Positions 46,349 to 64,000 of a DNA stretch of 64,000 nucleotides are shown piece by piece (position 1 is the stretch's first letter; each line of letters starts with the position of its first letter). The DNA is taken from positions 14,987,143 to 15,051,142 of the forward strand of contig CAVNZM010000003.1 in the NCBI GenBank assembly GCA_963693365.1. The letters are read 5' to 3'. Source of the stretch: Amoebidium appalachense. Lineage: Eukaryota; Protista; Ichthyosporea. A model generated the notes under the pieces. The model searched no databases and was not told the origin of the DNA. It was given only the letters and a program-made list of their open reading frames with translations. The position numbers were made by a program, and so were the translations under genes.

Positions 46349-46977
46349 AGTTTTTTTAAAAAAAGGGAAGGGTTGGAAAGTAGATGAGGTTAGGGTGCTT
46401 CAGAGTTTATATAGTCACAAAGAAAGTTTCTGTGTTCGCTGTGAAAGTCTGCAATGAATGGGCAGGCGGTGGACTTTGGACGATTACGTAAGATGGAGTA
46501 ATTGGTTCTATTCACCAACCAAATGCCTTCTTCCATAACCATATTGAGAAAACAGCAGCTCCTAAACCGCACGCGGCAAAAGGGGGGTTTTCAAAGTTCA
46601 ACAGGAAATATATCTCTACGTTGAACCAATGGGTGTTTGACACACAACAAAATTATAAATTTATGGTTAAAAAGCTCATATATGTGATTGAATTAATAAT
46701 TGCTATATTTGTTATAACTTTTGTCTAAAATATCACTGCACTCTGTCAGATTTATAATTTTGATCCAAAATTGTGAAAAAACAATCAAGATAAGAACATT
46801 CTAGGGAGTATGTAAACAGTATTTACATCCATGCACACGTGTTTTCTTCCCCGCACTTATTGTTTCCTTCTCTCTGGGATTACTTTCTACAACTGCCATC
46901 GTTCACATGGTGAAGTTGTATTCAGAAATTACTAAAGCAGAAAGAAAATTATCGTCCCAGCTGGGCGAACACAAAAA
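46349..46977. promoter_or_regulatory. Putative bidirectional promoter between YAE1 and RNase Z
   Basis: AT-rich, microsatellite-free spacer between divergent genes; ccaat at 46626. Confidence 0.5.
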
Positions 46978-47088
46978 CTGGCGGCCTTACACGCCTTCCG
47001 CACCCGCTCATTCCCCACACTCGGGCAGCACACATCACAGCTCATTCTTACTCTTCCGTCCAAACATTGGTGTTTGCCTAAAAGGGGA

Positions 47089-57589
<10,501 letters not shown>

Positions 57590-57594
57590 GCCTC

Positions 57595-57626
<32 letters not shown>

Positions 57627-59274
57627 ACCCCCCTGCTCCAACACACACACACGCGCGCGCACACATACATGCACACATTCTCCTCACCCCTGCACGACAC
57701 AACCTTTCATTTGTGTTGTCACCCAGGAGTCGAATCTTTCTTTGTCGGAACCTGGTTGCTACTTGGGGAGATGCGAATACACACATGCACTATATATGTG
57801 TTCTATATATGTGTTTGCGCTGATTCTGGTGATCTGGTAAACTTACATTCTGCATATGGGTTGCATCAACAAGGAACATACGGTAGCAGCACATTCTCCC
57901 CCCGTCGAAACTCGGGTACTGTGGATGACGTGGGCCCCCCCTGAGGATGGGCTCTGCTTATTATGCATACTCTTTATGTATGGCTTGCATTCTGCATCGT
58001 GTTATCCGTTTGTTCTTGTGTACTTCGTACTTTTTGACGCATTCAACCCCCCCCCCCCCCTAGAGTTTGTGTAATTCCGGCTTAGTTGATTTTTCTCAGT
58101 TGTGTCCCGTTCTGTGATTGCGCTGTTATGTATCTCTATATATAAATACTTGCATTCTGATCGGTAGATGATGAAACTTAGAACGCTGATGATGCATGAA
58201 AGGGACTGCAAAATCATGTAACATGTTATTGGAATCATAATTTTATCAACCCAGGCACACACGTATGTATTTGAAAAAGAAGTAAAGAGGAAAGCAGTAT
58301 TATCAGACATCAGTGCTGTGTGCCACGTGGGTTGTTTGCAGTTGAGGCAGCAGGCCTTTCTGGGTGGGCGGGCCCCGGGGGGGGGGGGGGGGGGGGGTTT
58401 GAAAAGCAAATCGTAGGTAGGCTGTTGAAAGGGCGAGTAATTTAAAAGAGACTTTTTTTTGGGGGGGGGGGGGGGGGGAAGGCTGATTAGGAGGGGGGGG
58501 GGGAAGGCTGATTAGGAGGGGGGGGGGGGGGGGGGAGGCGGGGTTTTACTACTAAGGGACTCTAAGGCTCGGGAGAGATAGAGAGATGGGGAGCTAGCTG
58601 GGCATGATGCATGATCCGAAGGAGAGGGAGGGAAGGGCTAAAGAGGGCCGGAGGTGACGGTTGGATGAAACAAAAAGTTTTTTTTAGGCTGGCGTTGCAG
58701 GTACTGTGGCAGGTGTTTTAGGCTGGTGCTGGTGATTTTTTCTTGAAACATAGAGCATCCAACATAGTATCATGAGGAACGGTTGCACCGAGTGGCCATC
58801 GCCCTCGAGATCTGCAGGCTTTGCTCCCATGGCTCCCGGAGCCATGCCTGGGGGTGACTCGGGCCCATGAGCCGCCGAAGTGATGATGAGTGCGCTCACG
58901 TCGATCATATGGGGCGTGATAAAATCTGCAAGCAACGGTTGACAACACATACGTGCGGCCCTCTGCAAACCCAGTGCACGTGAATCGAAGCAACGTGATT
59001 TAATAAATATGTACAAGTCTCAATGATCTGATAGAAACAGAGTTATGAATATATTCATTACGTAACGTAATTACTAACCACATGCCGCAGGCACGCTAAA
59101 TCAGCTGATAATTGTTTCCTTCCTCACCGGGCTGCTATCAAGATCTCAGTATATAGGCCAGATATGGCGATGGAATTCTCTCCCGTCAGAACACCCGTTC
59201 CCGTTCCCCGGGGAACCCTGTTTAGATAGACGGAAATGTCGATTTTTGCGTAATCATTGATATAAATATAGTGG

Positions 59275-59640
59275 GGTGGAGGGGGTCCACCCGACTGTTA
59301 ATAAGTTAGTGGGGAATGATGGGGGGACAACACAACTTTGCACAAAGCAGGGCTATGCCGTGGGGCATCTTTTGCACCCGTTCACGTCGGTTTTGAACAA
59401 AAGGGGCCTGTGATATGACAATATTTACGTGAATTAGGGATAATTGCGGTAAATGATAATAGAAGGGGGAAAGGGGGTCCACCCGACTGTTAATAGGTGT
59501 GTGGGGATTTATGTGGGGACAACACCTCTTTGCACAAAGCAGAGCCATGCCGTGGGGCATCTTTTGCACCCGTTCCCGTTGGTTTTGCACAAACCGGGCA
59601 CGAGATATACCAATGTTTACGAGAAAAAGGGAGTGTTTGC
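59275..59640. repeat. ~190-bp tandem duplication upstream of the transposase remnant, bracketed by a 22-bp direct repeat (59218 and 59781)
   Basis: gggggtccacccgactgttaata at 59281 and 59473; ctttgcacaaagcag and atgccgtggggcatcttttgcacccgttc each occur twice; ctgtttagatagacggaaatgt occurs twice. Confidence 0.85.
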
Positions 59641-59788
59641 GAGGATCATGTGTGCACCAAAAACACTGGGTATGGGTGTGAAGGGGGTATGGGGCAAGCA
59701 TAAAATGCACGTTATAGGTTGTGGGGGAGGTGGGGGGTACCCATTATGGGGGCAGGAACATTCACACACGTCGGGGAAGACTGTTTAG

Positions 59789-61377
59789 ATAGACGGAAAT
59801 GTGTATATCCTTAGTCTTGTGTACGCCATATGGACGCTGGCGACGGCTCGAGTGTGCAATCGAAATGCCATATTGAGTGGACCGACAACGTGTTCATGGC
59901 TTCTACTGACAATGCATACACTTATTTTTTTACATAGTGGGGGGGGTGGCCACGGCCCATCCATGCCACAAGTGCCGGGTAACCAGCGAGAATCTGTACA
60001 AGGTTTGGGAAACCTGTCCCATGAACCATGAGGACCACGTAGCGGCCATTCGACAGAAGGTCGATGAATTGCGCCAAGGCAATGCGGGCTCGAAGGCAAC
60101 AGCAACACACCTGTTGAAGATGAGCTCTCTGGCGGATTTCGATGACAACGCCTGCGTCGACTTCCCCGGATTCATGTGGATATGGGGTGTGCCCATTGAG
60201 CGCATGCACCAGGCTGACAGCGGCGAGTTCAAGCAGATGATCATTGAGTACAAGCAGTACGTCAAGTATGTGTGTGTGCAGACACACGGGGAGGGGACCG
60301 CAGCAGACTCCGCCGCCGCAAATATCATTCGGGAATTCGACCGGCGGTTCAATGAGATGGCTCGCTACAGTGGCCTACGCCATTTCTCTGGCAACGTGTC
60401 CGACCTGTCATTCATGCGTGCCAATGAATACAGGGACATCATGAAGGTACTAGTAACTTGTTGAAGTACATGAGTCTTCTGCAAACGAGAAAGGGTTACC
60501 ATGTTTCATCATTGCAACGTAACCTGGTGTGTGCATGCTCTAAAATAACTTTGTGTTCGTCGATAGCATCATCATTGGTCAGGTATATACATGCACGTCC
60601 CTCTGTTTATTGCCATTGTATGCTACACTGTATGATGAACACACGCACGTGTGCTGCACATTGTACTGTTGCCTGTGCTGATGTCCCCCCCCCCCCCCCC
60701 CCCCCTGCCCACAACTAAACACACACACACACACACACACACCTCCACTTGAACACCCCAAACCACTACCTCAGGTCATTCCATTTGTTGTACGGGATCT
60801 AATCCCAAACAACCCGACCGCCAACACCAAAGCGTCAAGAGTGTTTGTTACATGGAATGAGTGGTACACCATGAAGACAGGTCGTGAGTACACTGAGGTG
60901 TCACTTGACGACATGAACGAGCGGTACAAGACCTAGGTATCTCCCCCCCCTCCCCCCCCCCCCCCCCCCCCCCCCCCTCCAAACAAACACACACGGCACA
61001 CACCCAACCTACCACTCCCCTATCCAGAAACGCACTCGCACCTCCCAGATTTTACATGTCTTACTATCACTACAAGTTTACTCGGACGGTGCTCCCTGTG
61101 CAAACATTCTACCACTACAGTAGTACATCCTATTCGAGAGTGAAATCAAAACTAACCACATATTGCAAACACAGGTTTGGCAAGGCGGCAGCGCACGAGT
61201 GCTTCAAAGATTCCACAAAGAACCATCTCACAACGGCAAAGTTCCATGCGTGCATTATTCGGACGACTACCGCCTGTTCGGCCCGGTGGAGATGGCAGAG
61301 AGCTGGGAGCGTGCTCACAAACACTACTGCAAAATGCCGTATCGAATGACCAACAAAACTCTACCTTCATCTTGCAG
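59789..61377 (+). pseudogene. Decayed Plavaka-type transposase with spliceosomal introns; exon blocks ~59938-60446, 60775-60936, 61175-61377
   Basis: HPCHKCRV, PIERMHQADSGEFK, EFDRRFNEMARYSGLRHFSGNVSDLSFMRANEYRDIMK|VIPFVV, KFHAC/HYSDDYRLFG and ESWERAHKHYCKMPYRMTNK parallel the Plavaka motifs PCPxC, D.LHQ...G.FK, DRRF..PGLRHF, KLH...HY..I..FG and E..H...K..YR.SNK. In-frame TAG at 60934 and a frameshift near 61252. Confidence 0.75.
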
Positions 61378-61871
61378 GTCGTGTACATAATTGCAAAACC
61401 CATCCCCCCCCCCCCCCCCCCCCCCCCCACCTTTTTTCCTTCTTTCTTTCTTTTTTTTTTTTTTTTGAAAAACAAACAAAAAAAATCACAAATCACATTA
61501 AGATGTTGGTATACGGATGCATAGAAGGGCTTCACGAGGTATAATGCATGAGAAATATAGAATAGACTTGACGTCGTAACATACACTAGCATTTGTTGAA
61601 AGAGGGAGCTATGCACTTGAATAAGGTGCTTTTGGTACGTTCGAATCCACTCCCATCCTATTTTATATTATTTTTTTTTATTTGTTTGTTATTTGTATAC
61701 TGTTTTCTTTTTCTATTCATTTATTCTTCCCCCCTCCCATTCTCATGCATACGTGTATGGTTGTGTGTTGGGTAGAATATTCCAGTTGGTAAGCACATGT
61801 TTCCTGTAGTACATTAGTACATTTCACGTTAGAATTAAACCATGTTTTCATTCCCAGGACACCCCTTACCC

Positions 61872-62175
61872 ATATATATATATATATATATATATATCAT
61901 ATACATATATATATACTATCATATATATATATATATATATATATGATACTATATATATATATACATAAAACTATTGTACTTATACATTATAAAAACTTAC
62001 GAGAGTGGCAGTGAGTAGGCTATTATATAGTATGATATATATATATCATATATATATATCATATATATATATATATGATACTACTATGATATATATATAT
62101 ATCATATACTAATATATATATATATATATATATATACATACATAAAGCTATTGTCCTTATACATTATAAAAACAA
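61872..62175. repeat. (TA)n-rich ~177-bp degenerate duplication
   Basis: (ta)n followed by cataaa(a/g)ctattgt(a/c)cttatacattataaaaac at ~61964 and ~62141. Confidence 0.75.
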
Positions 62176-64000
62176 TATTTATTATTGCAGAATTCGCCGT
62201 TTCTTATTAGTTTACAGATGTCAGAAACCTCATATTAAGATGCTCAGAATCGCCTCCACAGTGTGCTTTGTTGTCGACGTCGACGATACCCATCATGTTA
62301 CCCTACACAGTATACATACGTAGAACAGGATTACGACGCCCATAGCACGTCTATAGCATTGGAATAGGTGCTACATTCGGTTAATGGACGGTGTAAACGC
62401 ATGCACAGCATGTCCATAGGATGACTTTGGCATATACACATGAGGGTCAAGAAATCAGTGGACCTCTTTATTACCCTGTAATATGCTTGTCGACGTCGAC
62501 GATGGGTTTTCAGCTTTTCCATCCATTAAAATCTTGAGGGTACCAAACGCAGCCACTCAGGTATCGTAAACTACTCCGAACCCGTCGTCGACGTCGTAGA
62601 GGGGTTTCCGATGGGGGGGAAAGATTGCTGATGATATACACAACACATAGACACACAGGAAAAAAACACAACCGGAGAGGTGGAACGGCCCTCTGAGACG
62701 ACTTGAAATGTTTTCAACTGCTTGATATTTATTTCAAGATGAAGTTCTTTTTATACGTAGATATGTGGAGCCGACAAAGGCTAAGCCAATCAAAAGAACG
62801 AAAACTATGGGGGCAAATAAATCGAAATACCTGTCGCCGCACATAGAAGGTAAATCGTAATCTTCTAATGAAAGCACGGAAACATTTACTAAAGCTAAAT
62901 AAATGAAACCGTTTATATATCTATTAGTTCACATCATACAGAGAGACTTGGGAAGGGGAAGGGGGGAGGGGGGGGGGGGGGGGGGGAGGGCAAGGGAGGG
63001 AAGGAGGAAGATGGAGAGAGGGGGGGGGGCAGGGGGGGTAGTAAGGAGTATGGGAAAGGTATAAAAGGGCGCCGGGGATGGGGAGGGAAAGGGGGGGGGG
63101 GGGGGGGGGGGGGGGAGGGAGAATGGTACCACTAAGTCTTCGCATTGCCCTCTTTCTGGCGTTGTGTGGTTTGGGGCAGGGGGGGAAGGGGGGGGGGGGG
63201 GGGGGGGGGCAGGCAAATACTAGTGAGAGATGTGTTCAGCTCCCTGCCTCGAGTTTACAGTATTGTGTTTGCACTTGTACACGTGCTCACTGGTGCATGA
63301 ACAGATGGTTCCTTCTTTTGGTTTTTTATTGCATCAGTTATATGTAGTCATCATACTATTTCTTAGTTCACACAAAGTCCATGTATGGGCTGCACTACTG
63401 TCCTTGTACATGTGGCTAAGTCAGGTTTTACAGATGAGGATGTTCGCGAGCGCCAGCGGATGCGCAACCATTAAGATGACAACCACGGCAACGGGGGTGG
63501 GCTCAGCTCTCCCGTGGCTTAACGAGGGTGTTGCTTCGGACTGTGGTTCTTGTTAGCAACGAAAAGGCAGCTTAGCCAGTAGTGCTGTTTCGTTATTTTT
63601 TGCTAGGTATACGTAGCTTACATTTGTGCTGGAATACGCTGGACACTGTAGTTCGTATAATCTTGTGTAGCCATGCCTGCAGATAGAACTTGAATAAATG
63701 GAATAATTGTTAGATTGCTTATGCTTAAGTCCGAGCTTCACTTATGTGTGCTATTAACACTGCATAAATGTGATATCCTTTAGCTACAAAGCTTTTAAAT
63801 CATTGTTAACAATCTCTAGATCCATTGAAGCATCACATGCATATGTAACGTACTACTAGGCTGCAGGCTGTAAGCCAGCGCCACAACAACATGTGTGCAG
63901 TGTCAACGATATGGCTAATAAAAACGACGAGAAGAAAGTCTGTTTGTGGTGCCAATTTGTTGCCTGGTTCCCCCGTTATTTTTTTTTTTCCGCAGGGGGG

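Noticed and set aside
58160-58230. ATGATGA/CTGA boxes suggesting a C/D snoRNA or SECIS
   Set aside because: No terminal box D or closing stem found, and no gene here has an in-frame UGA needing recoding.
58684-59016. 110-aa minus-strand ORF in non-repetitive sequence
   Set aside because: No recognisable motif or supportable exon chain; it may be a transposon fragment but cannot be called.
63380-63600. Exon-like GC-balanced patch with gctaac...cag on the minus strand
   Set aside because: Could be the last exon of a gene beyond the window, but no frame gives recognisable protein.

Overview
Eukaryotic, intron-rich genomic DNA. Introns and intergenic spacers are saturated with (CA/TG)n, (CT/GA)n and poly-C/poly-G tracts, so almost all ORFs in the supplied track (poly-HT, -CV, -P, -G, -LS) are repeat noise. 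Manual splicing, using only GT-AG introns, recovers five conserved genes: SEC62 (+, 5 exons), METTL23 (-, 8 exons), HELQ (+, 21 exons), YAE1 (-, 4 exons) and long-form RNase Z/ELAC2 (+, 11 exons). The left edge has a divergent pair of paralogous Sho1-like four-TM membrane protein genes, and a decayed, intron-containing Plavaka-type transposase lies near the right edge. The gene set looks opisthokont, possibly a unicellular holozoan such as an ichthyosporean; this is inference only. Main points of interest: (1) a polarised intron architecture in which (CA)n/poly-C replaces the polypyrimidine tract, often running straight into the AG, with complementary (GT)n/poly-G at many 5' ends; (2) an in-frame CUG-initiated, presequence-like extension on RNase Z; (3) three frame breaks in G/C homopolymers of conserved genes, most likely assembly errors; (4) tandem duplications that copy splice sites; (5) a fold-back MITE. 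All exon coordinates were read by hand.
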